DNA of 63,894 nt, the filler included, from Octopus bimaculoides (lineage: Eukaryota), in NCBI RefSeq assembly GCF_001194135.2. It is 4 parts of 4 records of this genome, joined end to end, with 100 filler letters (N's around TTAATTAATTAA, not from the genome) between each part and the next. Parts side by side here need not be neighbours in the genome. Positions count along the whole stretch, not along the records: positions 1 to 24,605 come from NC_068981.1; 3 more parts are not named here. One strand, given 5' to 3'. Positions 1 to 12,650 of this stretch are shown piece after piece. The number at the start of each line of letters is the position of its first letter. Within the stretch, counting starts at the first letter, position 1. The translations under genes and the position numbers were made by a program. The notes beneath the pieces were generated by a model. The model was not told the DNA's origin. It saw only the letters and a list, made by a program, of their open reading frames with translations, and ran no database searches.

Positions 1-57
1 AGAAGAAGAAGAAGAAGAAGAAGAAGAAGAAGAAGAAGAAGAAGAAGAAGAAGAAGA
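1..57. repeat. (AGA)n microsatellite
   Basis: Pure trinucleotide run at the window start. Confidence 0.95.
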
Positions 58-1171
58 ATAGGCGGCTGGACGTGACAGAGGTTGGACTTTAATATCTCCA
101 ATTTTGTGTGAACATTTTGTCTTCCCTTCATCCCTGACCAACAGAATATGTAACCATGCCTTTAATTGTAACAACACAATTAAATGCACGATAAAAAATT
201 AAGTAAGCAAGCACCTGCCAATATATACATACTGCACAACTACAAAAACTGTAAACCACAGCAAAACTTTTAAGAAAAGGAAAATTCCAAAAGAAAAAGA
301 AAAAAGAAATTCAGAAATTTAAAAATCCAACGAGGTGAACATCTCTTCCTCCTACAATTCCCAAAGACTGGAATATCTACAATTTTCTGCGAATATTTTA
401 AATCTCCCTCAAAATAAAGTAAGTTAAGAAACTTACATACCTACAGCATTCGAACACACAAACGATCAGATTTAAGAAAAAAAAAGTTTAATATTTACAA
501 CTACTGTGTGAATACTTATCCTTTCCTCTCTCCCTGAGTATTCGAAAATGTAAACATCATCCTCCTTTTTATTCTAAGAACACTACCATTTCTCTCTGTG
601 CGGTCATACTAAAGACCATATTTAGTAAATCTTAAAACTTTACTATCTACAACTCGTTTTCTTTTCTTTTTGACTCTCCCTTGGTATTCGAAAATGTAAA
701 CATCCTTTTCATTGAAAAAGTCCTACTGTATTCTCCAACTGGACAGACAAACGAACATCTCAAGAAAACTTAAAATCATCAATATATTACCCNNNNNNNN
801 NNNNNNNNNNNNNNNNNNNNNNNNNNNNNNNNNNNNNNNNNNNNNNNNNNNNNNNNNNNNNNNNNNNNNNNNNNNNNNNNNNNNNNNNNNNNNNNNNNNN
901 NNNNNNNNNNNNNNNNNNNNNNNNNNNNNNNNNNNNNNNNNNNNNNNNNNNNNNNNNNNNNNNNNNNNNNNNNNNNNNNNNNNNNNNNNNNNNNNNNNNN
1001 NNNNNNNNNNNNNNNNNNNNNNNNNNNNNNNNNNNNNNNNNNNNNNNNNNNNNNNNNNNNNNNNNNNNNNNNNNNNNNNNNNNNNNNNNNNNNNNNNNNN
1101 NNNNNNNNNNNNNNNNNNNNNNNNNNNNNNNNNNNNNNNNNNNNNNNNNNNNNNNNNNNNNNNNNNNNNNN

Positions 1172-1286
1172 CGTTAAAGGTGCACGTATCTGTGGAGTGC
1201 TCAGCCACTTGCACGTTAAATTCACGAGCAGGCTGTTCCGTTGAACGGATCAACTGGAACCCTCGACGTCGTAAGCGACGGAGTGC

Positions 1287-1300
<14 letters not shown>
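1172..1300 (+). mobile_element. 3' part of SINE family C2 with (CAA)n tail
   Basis: gtggagtgctcagccacttgcacgttaa...gatcaactggaaccctcg matches 45660-45770 and 61932-61982. It ends in aacaacaac; the 5' part is in a gap. Confidence 0.8.
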
Positions 1301-1319
<19 letters not shown>

Positions 1320-1807
1320 TATTGTTATTTTTTCTACCAGTAATTACAAATAGAGCAGGTTGAATTGCTTCTTTTCAAGGCAGCGCTCCCAGTATCCAAT
1401 GGTAGTAGTAAACACATTTGACCTCTCCTGACCTAAAGGGTGCAAAGAGTCCTTTGTTTCTATGGCTGACCTCCCCACCATCTGCCGAATTTATTTATAG
1501 ACTTGTAGGATATGAGCTATTCACCAAACTGCTACCCAACTTTTCCCTCAAACAATGGTGGTGGTGGTGATGGTGATAATGATAAAAATGAAAACAATGA
1601 TAATATGCTGCAGCTGCTAATACTAAATACTACTAACTCTACATTAACACTACAACTACTACTATTATGATAGCACAGGAATCTGAGGACCAATTACCAT
1701 CCTTACCACTATCCCCACCCACGCTACTGTTGTTGTTGCTGCAAACCACTGCTGCTACTACACATAAAAACAATAATATCAGTGATGATAATAATAATAA
1801 TAATAAT

Positions 1808-4232
1808 GAAAGGAAACGGGTGGAGCCACATGGGCTGATTAATAATGATACATCTAGTGATGGTGTCAGAATAAAAACACTGGTAATTGCGCAACCTGAT
1901 AATCGCTACCTCATATGATTGACAATGAAAAAACAAAATATTGTGAATAACGGTGGTAATGAAGTTGAAGCCAATGATGGTGACAGTGGTACACTCGGTA
2001 GGCTCAGAGATTCTGGTCCGGCTCCATCCTGTCGATATCCAGAAAGGGACCACCACATACGGCATAGATGGAACAAGCAAATTAATGATGTGGTCATGGA
2101 GTGTTACTACCTGAGCAGCCCGGTAGATGAAAATGGTACTCAAATTAGGGGTTACCGACAATGTATGATCATTGGAGAGAAAAGGGATTTTTCAACTCAC
2201 GAACAGAAACTGTGATCAAGCTAGAGCGACAAGGAAAAATTGTTGGTTCACAGAAGTAGAGCTCGAAGCTATCAAAAGACGGGTCATGGAAAATAGCAGC
2301 AGAGATAACAATGAAAATACAGTTCTTACTAATAAGTGTAATCCCATAGCACAGGAAAGGAGCAGTGGTAATTTACTTAATGAGAGACATATAGATGATC
2401 TAGAAGAAGACAATAAAACTAATGGTGACATGACAGATGAACAAAAGGCAATCTACGACAGAATAAAGGTAAGATTACAGGAGAACGATAGCGACATTAT
2501 TTGCAACCTTAAAAAGGTTGTTCGATGAAAATTGAACCAAGAAACAAAAAATGACAATGAAATTCTGAAATACATCAGAACAAACATCACAGAAACAAAT
2601 CATTTGATCGAGGCAGCAAGTATTGGTGTAGCAGAAAATGTGGGTGTTGATGTCAAGAAAAAAAAACATAATGAAAGTGACAAAAGAAAAGATCCAAGGT
2701 GGAAAAGAAGAATCCAGGCAGAGTTAGACATGCTCTCGAAGGAAATGTCTGTGTTAGACCGAAAAGAGAAAGGGGAACTTAAAAGCGAACAAAAATACAG
2801 GGTGCTGAAAAGGAAGTATAATATTGAAGGAAATAGCCTGAAAGTAGTAATGGAGGAATTGAAACAGTACCTCGTTGCAAAGAAAGCAAAGATGGTAAGG
2901 TACGACCAAAGAATGAAGGGTTACCACTAGAATAGGTTATTCGGAGTAAATCAGAAGAGATTCTATAAAGAAATAAATGGAGAGTGTACAGATGAAAAGT
3001 TGATACCAGATAACAATGAAAGTTAAAGATTTTGGAGTGACATCTGGAGCAAAGACAAGGAACACAAGAAGGATGCTGAATGCTTGCAAGAACTGAAACA
3101 AACAGTAGTCTGTCCAAAACAGGCAGAACTAGTCATTTCAGTTAGGAAAGTGAAGGAAATCAGCAAAAAAATGAGCAACTGGAAGACTCCGGAACCAGAT
3201 GGAGTTCAAGGCTACTGGATCAAAAGATTTGGGGAATGTCATGCACGAATAGCTGCGCAACTCATCACCTTGTTACATGCCGACCAAGGAACACCAGAGC
3301 GGTTGACATTGGGTACGACACTGCTGTGCCTGAAATAAATCGAAAAAGGCAATACGGTAGACAATTGCAGGTTGATATCCTGTTTGCCACTTATGTAGAA
3401 GTTATTGACTGGAATATTTGCAGTCAATGTACGAATATCTGGAAAAAAATGGAGTCCTGCCACATGAGCAGAAGGGTTGCAAGCGTAAGTGTAGAGGTAC
3501 CAAGGATCAACTCCTGATAGACAAAACTGTACTTAGAGACTGCAAGAGGAGGAAAAGTAAGTTAGCCATGTCATTGATCGACTATCGTAAGGCGTCCGAT
3601 ATGATCCCACATTCTTGGATTTTGGAGTGTATGAACCAATTTGGTATTGCATCGAATGTTGAGCGATTGCTTGGAAAAACTATGGCGAATTGGGGGACGG
3701 ACCTGACAGCATACGGAAGAAGTTTAGGGACAGTAGAAATTAGGAGGGCATCTTCCAAGGGGATTGCCTGTCCACACTGATCTTTGTACTGTGCTTGATA
3801 CCACTAACACTGATTCTGAAGAAGCCAAAAGCTGGGTGTGTATTCAAAAGCCGCCAACAGAATGTCAACTATTTGTTATTCATGGATGACCACAAGAAGC
3901 CCAAGTCAGTTCCTTCGTTGATACGATGTATATCTTCAGTGCTGATATCAGAATGGACTGAGAAAGTGTGGCGTGTTAGTCTTGAAGAGAGGAAAAATCA
4001 AATGTATGGACGGGCTAACGATACTGTCGGGGGAGGTTATGAAGCAGATAGAAGAGACGGGCTACAAGCACTTGGGAATTTTGGAAATGGATAAATTGAT
4101 GGAGAAAGAAATGACAGAAAAATTTAAGGTGGAGTACTTGCGCAGACTGAGACTGATTCTTAAGTCGAAATTAAATGGACGGAATAAGATCGAAGTTATC
4201 AACACCTGGGTGGTTTCACTCTTTAGATATTT
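1808..4232 (+). mobile_element. Decayed Dong/R4-clade non-LTR retrotransposon (N-terminal region plus reverse transcriptase), with many stops and frameshifts
   Basis: Chained ORF pieces 1919-4302 carry R4-type motifs: [98 protein letters not shown]. Confidence 0.9.
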
Positions 4233-4244
4233 CTTCTGGGTTAG

Positions 4245-4382
4245 TGGCATACATTTATCCATTTCCGATACTTATAGTCCGTCTCTTCTATCTGCTTCAT
4301 AACCTCCCCCGATGGTATCGCTATCCCGTCCATACATTTGATTTTGCTTCTCTTCATGACTAACACACCACACATCTTGGTG
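4245..4382 (-). mobile_element. Inverted, diverged duplicate of the R4 RT segment at about 3960-4095
   Basis: Reverse complement reads ...aaaatcaaatgtatggacgggatagcgataccatcgggggaggttatgaagcagatagaagagacgg, matching 3995-4060. Confidence 0.85.
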
Positions 4383-4605
4383 TCGGGCGCCTTTTCTCAA
4401 TAATGCCCTTTTACAGTACCAAGCACTGACTCTCATGGCTGCTGATGTTAACTGATTGGAAGTCATATCATGTACGTTATTTTGTCTTGGTATAAAAGAT
4501 GGGCTACAGCAAACATTCTGCTCAATACTACAGATTTACTTGTCAGTTGTTTGACCTTATCCAGTTGAGCATGTCCCTTAGTGGCTGACGATATGGTGTT
4601 TGCAT

Positions 4606-4735
4606 TTCTTAGCTTTTATCCAGTTAATCCTTAATACTTGATCTTATGCAAACTTTCTGTCTCCCTCTTCAGCTTTCTTTTCTGCAGCCATAACCATGTC
4701 TCACTACTACTATTTGCTGAAACATCTTGTGTTTC
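4606..4735 (-). mobile_element. R4/Dong post-RT fragment
   Basis: Minus strand encodes ETWLWLQKRKLKRETESL, then after a frameshift QDQVLRINWIKAK. This resembles the R4-clade segment upstream of the CCHC finger. Confidence 0.7.
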
Positions 4736-4898
4736 CTAACCAGTTTATTTTCCAGGATTCTAATCTACTCAGATCTTGTCTTAAAGTCTTCATTTTCCCA
4801 CATTTTTTAAATATTTTTTAATCTTTCACTGTGAGATATCTAATCTTCTGGTGCCTACTACCCCTCCTGCATTGTTCAATATGCTAGTGTCTTTTATA

Positions 4899-5090
4899 TG
4901 GCAGAATCGTTAGCACGCCAGGCGAAATGCTTAGCGGTATTTCGTCTGTCTACGTTCTGAGTTCAAATTCCGCCGAGGTCGACTTTGCCTTTTATCGTTT
5001 CGGGGTCGATAAATTAAGTACCAGTTGTTACTAGGGGTCGATCTGGCTCCCTCTCCCAAAATTTGAGGCCTCGTGCCTACAGTAGAAAGA

Positions 5091-5121
<31 letters not shown>
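4899..5121 (+). mobile_element. tRNA-derived SINE family A with (ATT)n tail
   Basis: ggcagaatcgttagcacgcc...gagttcaaattcc (B box)...ggggtcgataaattaagtaccag. About 10 related copies occur in the window. Confidence 0.9.
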
Positions 5122-5124
<3 letters not shown>

Positions 5125-5136
5125 TTTTCAATATTG

Positions 5137-5335
5137 AGGCAGCGAGGAGACAGAGTCATTTCCGCGTTTGGCAAAATGTTTAGCGATATTTCGTTCGATT
5201 TACATTCTGAGTTCAAATTCTTCCATCATTTGCTTTACTTTTGACCTTTTCGGGTCGATGAATTAAGTACCAATTACGCACTACGCCCTTTTCCCAAAAA
5301 TTTCAGGTTTGCTGCCTATACTAAAAAGAAATTAT
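5137..5335 (+). mobile_element. SINE family A, older diverged copy in tandem
   Basis: Same B box (gagttcaaattc) and body as 4899-5121. Confidence 0.75.
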
Positions 5336-5444
5336 TGTTTTTATATTGTTGTTATCACCTTATTTTTACCATTTCAGAACAGATATAATGATTTACAGTC
5401 TTTTAATGAGCAGAATTCTGTCAAACTTTCTTTATATAAGTATT

Positions 5445-5790
5445 TTTGATTAATCATCGCATCGTACTTCTATTAATTCTTCTTGAATTTCTTCTCCGGC
5501 TGAATCATCATCATAATTAATTGGTTACATAATCTTGACTTTTACTTCAAACGAAGATAAATCAGAGAATCTTTTGTTCATGTCAGTTTTTACCAAAAGC
5601 ACGTATCCAGAATATGTCTAAAGATCCATTTTGTTAAATGAAGAGCGAATTTCTGCCAGATCAGGCATGCTGTGAAATATTTTTTTAAGTAAATATTCTT
5701 GAAAATTTTCCAATTTTTCAGTAAATGCTTTCAATACTATTTTACAATCAATCAATGTATTAAATTTTCATTGATGCTACACTTCATTAA
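5445..5790 (-). mobile_element. hAT (Charlie/Buster-like) transposase C-terminal remnant
   Basis: Minus translation: KIVLKAFTEKLENFQEYLLKKIFHSMPDL...DMNKRFSDLSSFEV...IQEELIEVRCD, with stops. RFSDL and IQEELIEL-like motifs are typical of Charlie-type transposases. Confidence 0.6.
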
Positions 5791-5855
5791 GCTTTCGAAA
5801 TATCTATGCTGACTTCCTCCATTTCTCTCTCTCACTTTTGTTCTCTCTCTTTCTA

Positions 5856-5918
<63 letters not shown>

Positions 5919-5940
5919 TTGAGTGTGTGTGTGTGTGTGT
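5856..5940. repeat. (CA)n followed by (TG)n microsatellite
   Basis: Direct reading. Confidence 0.9.
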
Positions 5941-6709
5941 ATCTTTTTTCTTGTATTTTCTTGTATTTCTAGCTTATCTCCGCCTCCTTTACTTTGTAGA
6001 AACTTAACTAAAGTATACAAAAAGTATTTAAATGTTCTCAAACTATTTTCTTTTGAGATCCATCTGACATCTGTATGTAGAAAAAATGTTTTACATACCG
6101 TTCATTATGATGAATTCTCTGAATAAGCGGTAGTATTTACCCTGTGATTTGACTTTATTGATAGATTTACTAGTGATTTACTAAGTGAATAACATAGAAT
6201 TGGACAACTGTCTTTTAGTACAATATCGTGTCCCTGACTAATTCAATGCATTTCAATGATTCCAAGATATATCTTATGTGGGTGACGAGGCCTTTATTCA
6301 TTCTTATTTCCTATGTAGCACCATCAATTGCAACCGATATCAAATTTTCTGAAGCATCTGTTTTTCCATCAACTCAGATGATTAAAGAATTAAAATAAAA
6401 TCACCGTTAGTGTTAGCATCTAAATATTTAACAAATGACATAACTTATTTCAATTTACAGTCACCCTTACATTAAGGTACATAGTCCATGAGAATGGCTT
6501 TGTTGTCGACAACTGTATAATCATCAGTATGATGTTAGAAATTAATATTTTTTCTCACATTTTCAACTATAGTATTTTTAGTTCCATGTGAGCATAAACC
6601 ACTTTAAACTGAGACCTTGCCACTTCAAACTGAGGTCTAATGCTTTAAAACATTTTATCACTTCAAAGTGAGAATAAGTATTTGAAATCGAAAATAACAA
6701 TAATAATAA

Positions 6710-6711
<2 letters not shown>

Positions 6712-6774
<63 letters not shown>

Positions 6775-6775
6775 T
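6712..6775. repeat. (ATT)n microsatellite
   Basis: Direct reading. Confidence 0.95.
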
Positions 6776-8450
6776 ATTTATTAAATAGAAATAATAAAAT
6801 GAAAACTACTCCTGAGTCGTTTTTTTTTTCTTGTGACCACCAAACTCATGTCCAGATTTAACATTCACGAGGTGGTTGTTGAAATGTTATATGTTGCCTG
6901 TTATGAACAGGTACACCTCTCATCAACATTTGCATTGCATCTACCAAGTGACTACTACTGCTGTTGCTGTTGCGGCTACTGCTGCTGTTTCTGCTGCTAC
7001 TGCTACTACTGCTACGACTACTGCTTCTGTAGTTACTGAAACTACTACCAGTCCCACCTCCTTTTACAGTTTGTATCACCCTTTCTCCCTGTTGTATCTG
7101 TCTTGTGGTCAAGAACTGTTCGTATTCTATGAAGTCATTAAATTCTGATTCTGTTAGACTGTACAATTTTATAAGTACCCCAAGAAGAAAGGAAGGGAGA
7201 GTACATACCACACAATCATGAAAATACAACCATCAACCAAAAACTAAATGAATTTACCTCTAATGAGCACCAGTTGATAACAACTAGAATAGTTGACCTC
7301 TATAGATGTCAGGAAAAAACTTATATTTGAAACCCTAAGGCCTCTCTTTCTCTCTGTATATACATACTACACCACTTAAACTTAGTGGATATTTAAGCAA
7401 TACGCTCGTAGATAGTCGATAGGTTAGATGTGGAACTGATGAAAGTACAACTTTTGAAATATGTATATATACCCATTACCATTTTTCCCATTTTTGATCT
7501 TATTGTTTACATAGACGTGTTCCTATACTAACTGTCGTAACTTTCGGTGCTAGCTTTAAATTCAAATTAAAATTTATAGCGATAAACTTAAAAGTAAAAG
7601 TATCACACAGCTAGCACAAAAGTAAGACACAGTATCGACTTCAAACCATCAATTTACTTGGTAGTATATTGTGGTTGAAAAACGAAATACTGTATCCTGC
7701 TAGCAATTAATAATATAAGAAAGTTATTGCTTATATAATATCTCTGTTACTTCAGGAGAGTTTTCTTTCACTCTCGCCCCCAGCGGTGTAAGCGAAATCG
7801 CCTCCGCTAAGAAATCCTGCTTTATAGAGTTAGCTGTCACTGTCGTATATTTTATAATAACAATAATCAGATCGTAGAAAGCGATGGGTTATTTTTATGA
7901 AACAGAGTGTATCAGTTATTTTGAATATCAATGAACTAGTCATATTTAACAGCTTTTTACAATATTTCTACAGAATTATCCTCAACACCTGGATTTTGTT
8001 TCATCCAGTTATTTGACAGGATCCTTTTGTGTTAGTCTATTGTGATGGGTTGTATGTTTGAGGTATTAAGTTTAACTAGAGAGAAATACGATAATTTAGT
8101 ACTGAATGTTAAGGAAGAATTATTTGGAAAAGTAGTATACGTTATGTTATTCACAGTATTTATCCAATCACGCTGACAATAATATCATTTATAAGTATAG
8201 TTCATAGTTATATATGTTTTAGTGTGGAACACATGAAGTTGTCTTTTGCGAGTAAGAAAACAGTTGAAGAATTTCAAGATTACGTGAACATGCATCGGAG
8301 CTTCTTTATATCTCATTCAACTAAACTCAATTATCGTATAGGTTATTAAAGGTTAATGCGCCGGGTATTATTTACTGCTATCATATTTGGTAGGGGATCA
8401 ACCAGTGTTTTGTTAAGAATGGAGATTCGCGTTATGGTAGTAGTATTTTT

Positions 8451-8603
8451 ATGGTTGTGTGGTAAGACGGTTGCTTCACAACCACATCGTTCCAGGTTCA
8501 GTCCCACTGAGTGGCTCCTTGGACAAGCGTCCTCCACTAAAGCGTGGGGCCGACCAATACCTTGTGAGTGGATTTGGTAGACGGAAGCAGGAAGAAGCCC
8601 GTC

Positions 8604-8643
<40 letters not shown>

Positions 8644-9152
8644 NNNNNNNNNNNNNNNNNNNNNNNNNNNNNNNNNNNNNNNNNNNNNNNNNNNNNNNNN
8701 NNNNNNNNNNNNNNNNNNNNNNNNNNNNNNNNNNNNNNNNNNNNNNNNNNNNNNNNNNNNNNNNNNNNNNNNNNNNNNNNNNNNNNNNNNNNNNNNNNNN
8801 NNNNNNNNNNNNNNNNNNNNNNNNNNNNNNNNNNNNNNNNNNNNNNNNNNNNNNNNNNNNNNNNNNNNNNNNNNNNNNNNNNNNNNNNNNNNNNNNNTAT
8901 ATATATATATATATATATATATTTGTGTGTGTGTTTATGTGTCTGTTTATCCCCACTGCCGCTTGACAACCAGTGCTGGTGTGTTTACGTCCCCGTAAGA
9001 AGTTCGGCAAAAGGCACCGATAGAATAAATACCAAGCTTTAAGAAAATAAATACTGGGGGGTCGATTCATTTGTTTAAAAGTTCTTCAAGGCGGTGCTCT
9101 ACCATGGCCGCAGTCTAATAACTGAAACAAGTAAAAGTTAGAAGATAAAAGA
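8451..9152 (+). mobile_element. tRNA-derived SINE family B with internal (TA)n/(TG)n tract (gapped)
   Basis: Head ggttgtgtggtaagacgg...ggttcagtccc; after the microsatellite, cgcttgacaaccagtgctggtgtgtttacgtccccg...ggggtcgatt...ggccgcagtc. Homologous to copies at 16.7, 33.8, 37.5 and 44.3 kb. Confidence 0.85.
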
Positions 9153-11899
9153 TTTTTACAATCAAATGCTTTTAAATCTAAAATTTAAGCATAAAAATCA
9201 AGACTTTCTGTCACTGACCTTTCTATCTTTTAATAGCGCCTGATCCCTTCTTTCTCTCGATCCTTGTCTTTCTCTCTTTTTCTCACCGCCATTTGTTTTC
9301 TCTTCCTCTTCCGGTCTTTCTTTTATCTGCTCTCTTTTACATTTACTCTTTTCTCTTACTTTCCCGAAGTCACAGGTTCCTTAATGTTTGTCTTTCCTTA
9401 TCTTTTCCTTTTGCTTTAATGTAACGAATATTACTTTTCTCGCGCTAACATTAGATGAGTATTACTTCAATTTTCGCTATAGATAATTATATAAGTATAT
9501 ACATGCATGTGTGTGCGGGTTTGTATCAATGTATGTATCTATGTTGGTATGTTTGTATACATACATATATATATACACCTTTATATATATATGTGTGTGT
9601 ATGTGTGTATAAATTAGTATATATTTATATGTATGTATACATACATACCTACATACAGATATGTATATGTACGTATATGTGTATGCATATATGTGGATGT
9701 GTGTGTGTGCGTGTGCGTGTGTGTGTGTGTGTGTCTGTATGTGTGTGTTTGTGTGTGTGCATATATACATACGCATACGATAATAGTAAAATCATTGGAC
9801 ATGTTGACAATATTAACATATAAAAATTTGCAGTCCCTAGCCCCAACGTAGTATTTGTATAACGTAAACTATTGAAATAGTTTTCCCCTGTTGCTAATAT
9901 ATTCTTAAGATAACGATTAAAGGGTGTATCGAGTTTAGGTTTTATTGTTGAATAAATGAACGCATTATTGTAATACTGAAATATACCTGATACAAATAAA
10001 CATGATTTTCTCAAGATGAAAGCTAATGAGAAAATAAAATGATAAAATGATTGTACGAATATATGTGCTTCGCTAATAAGTTTAGAGGAAAAAGTGGGAA
10101 GTTGAGTAGGGAAGATACAGCAATTAGAAGGCGTACAATTAAAGTTGAATTCGCAATTTAAAATAAAGCATTTACATATAAGTCAGATAACTACGTTCGT
10201 GTGTTTTAATAAGGATTGTACGAAAAAATTATCTAATTAAATGTTGATGTGTGGTTCTATACAATTCGATAGGTACTGAAAAAGAAGACAGAGAAACGTT
10301 TAATTATTATTTTGAAGGTGAAATAATGAGTTTTCAAAAGGAATCAGAAATATGACACGGGAAATAGCATTAAAGCTATGAAAAAGATCTCAGAAGCTGA
10401 AGCGAAGTAAGTTAACTAGATTAAATTAAATTAAGTTTAATTAATTAAATAAATAAGTGGAACTTAAATACAATACTAATGCGGTATTAAAAGGAACAAT
10501 TAACAGAATAAATAAAACAATATTAAAACCTTTAGATGTAAAAGAGAATTATGCTATATAGATTAATTTAGATTAAGTCAAATAAATTAAATAAACGAAA
10601 AATGCTTACTATATTAAAATAAGAGTAAGAATAGAGATAGCGAAGATTTAGAAAATTTAAGAGATTAAAGTATAGAAGGAGGAAATTTTGATGTAAAGCA
10701 TCACGTAATAAATTAAGCTGTATGTGAATGGGTTTTAACACAGATCTAGATAAGTGCAAGTGAAATAAAATATAGATATCGACTAGTTAGTTGAATAGAT
10801 ATTTAACCAATTGACTAATAATGAAGAAGTGGAATTGGACCTCTGTGTGTTATTATAATTAGCGTAGTATCTCTCCCAAAACACCACAAAATTACTTTCA
10901 ATACTCGAATTCACATCAAATCTCTTACAAACCAAATTCAAAAACAAAATATAAATATCTATAAGAATGAAAGTATGAAACAAATAATTGCATTCAGGCT
11001 AATTTCAGTTTTTTAAATATGTAATCTAAAAGTAGGAGAATCAAACTTTATACGGTGAAAATATACGACTGAAGGAAAATGTACAAAAATGTTAAATAAG
11101 TGTATTTTTATTAAACTGTTACAAAAGTTATATTATAGCTCGTGTAAAAATATTTAAAATAAGAGTAACAATTTTAGGATCGGAAAAGGATCCAATACCA
11201 AAATATGAAAGTTTAGAAGACAGTGCATGATAAGTATAAGTATGTATCCGGTTACCTATATGTTAATATTCTGGGTTTGCAGGTATTTGGAAACATATGA
11301 CTACAAAATGAAATCTTTTCATTATACAAAGGATGTATCATTTAGGAAGTCGATAGATAAACTCTCCATAACGCTTACATTGTACGATCAGTCCTTCCCG
11401 ATATTTCTACTTAGTTTTAGCGAGGTGCCAATATCTCTAACTGGTTCTTAATGTGTTGTTATTATTCTTTCCCTTTAACTCTTAAAAACAATTTCGGTAA
11501 CGAAGTTTACTTTTTCTTTTTTTTTTTTTTCTTTTTAGGATTTCTGAATGCATGAATGTGATTATTAGAAAGAATTTTAAAACGATCAGAGTTAATCATA
11601 TATAAGTGAGTAATGAAATATGTGTGACAACATTGCATCGGTGAAATGTTTCGCTCTCTTATACATTTAGATTCTAAAGCGCGAGTATTTTCGTTTACAG
11701 ACGGAGGTCTGCTTCAACTTGCCCTACTTTTAAAAAGTACAACCTTCCAAACAGTTTCAGCCACCAGCATATTCTTCTCACTTCCACCAAATGAATGGAA
11801 AAAATTATTTAAAAATCAACACGTTCATCACATTGAATTAAATTTTTCTCCCTGTTATTGATCATAGTTACATTTCTGTAGAGACAGACCTGCAAGTGA

Positions 11900-12650
11900 C
11901 TTAATATCATTTGTACCACACGATTGCTACTCGGTGTTCCTAATCAGTAGTGTCTTATCCTTGAAATCTTTAAGACAAACAATGTAATTGCATATAAGCA
12001 AAGCCTTCGAACGTATCTAAAAATCTCTCAGATTTTCCGTATACAGATTTCAACCGTTTCTCACACCGCAGCTCTGCAGTGTGTGCCAACAGGTTTTTCA
12101 ATACTTATAGTCTACTAACATTGGTATACTTCAAAGTTCTGTACCCTCTTTCTTCTGTACACTAGTTACATACATCCTACTACATGAAATAATCACATCC
12201 TTTCCGATGATGATGATTTCATTCCTTCTCACCCTTCAGTCATCAGACATCATCCATAAAACCTAAATACCTTACGCAAGATAGTCATTGCTTTCATGAA
12301 CAATTACCTGTATTAGGCACACGATGCACTGTCTCTTTCAGCGGATCAAAGATTGAATTGCAAGGGAACAGTTTAGGTCTTCTCATCCTAAGACGAGGAA
12401 TAACACATAATTAGTCCCAGCTACCACGAATTCTAACGCAACATTAGTAACTCATGATACCTCACTATAATGCTAGTATTTCATCACATTTTGGAGCCGG
12501 AAAATAATTCAACCTTTCTCTGTTCCTCACACTCCATATAGCTTAAATGTATCCCAGACGAGTGCACTGCATACCAGTATAGCGCGACCATACAACTGCA
12601 TCTTATACAAACATTCTATACCGCATCCAAAAGAAATTACTCGTTTATAG
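11900..12650 (+). mobile_element. Highly decayed CR1/L2-type reverse transcriptase
   Basis: ISKAFERI at about 11995 (cf. DLSKAFDRV) and GILQSSV at about 12123 (cf. GVPQGSV), at RT-like spacing. Confidence 0.5.

Noticed and set aside
712-1353. Long ORFs spanning N-runs (also 8.3-9.0, 13-14.7, 28.3-29.2 and 30.8-31.5 kb)
   Set aside because: They are open only because N translates to X.
9455-9851. YI/VC/HT-rich ORFs (many across the window)
   Set aside because: Translations of (TA)n/(TG)n/(CA)n repeats.
10100-11200. Very AT-rich stretch suspected to be a NUMT or viral insert
   Set aside because: Stops occur in the frames I read under standard and invertebrate mitochondrial codes, and I recognised no motif.
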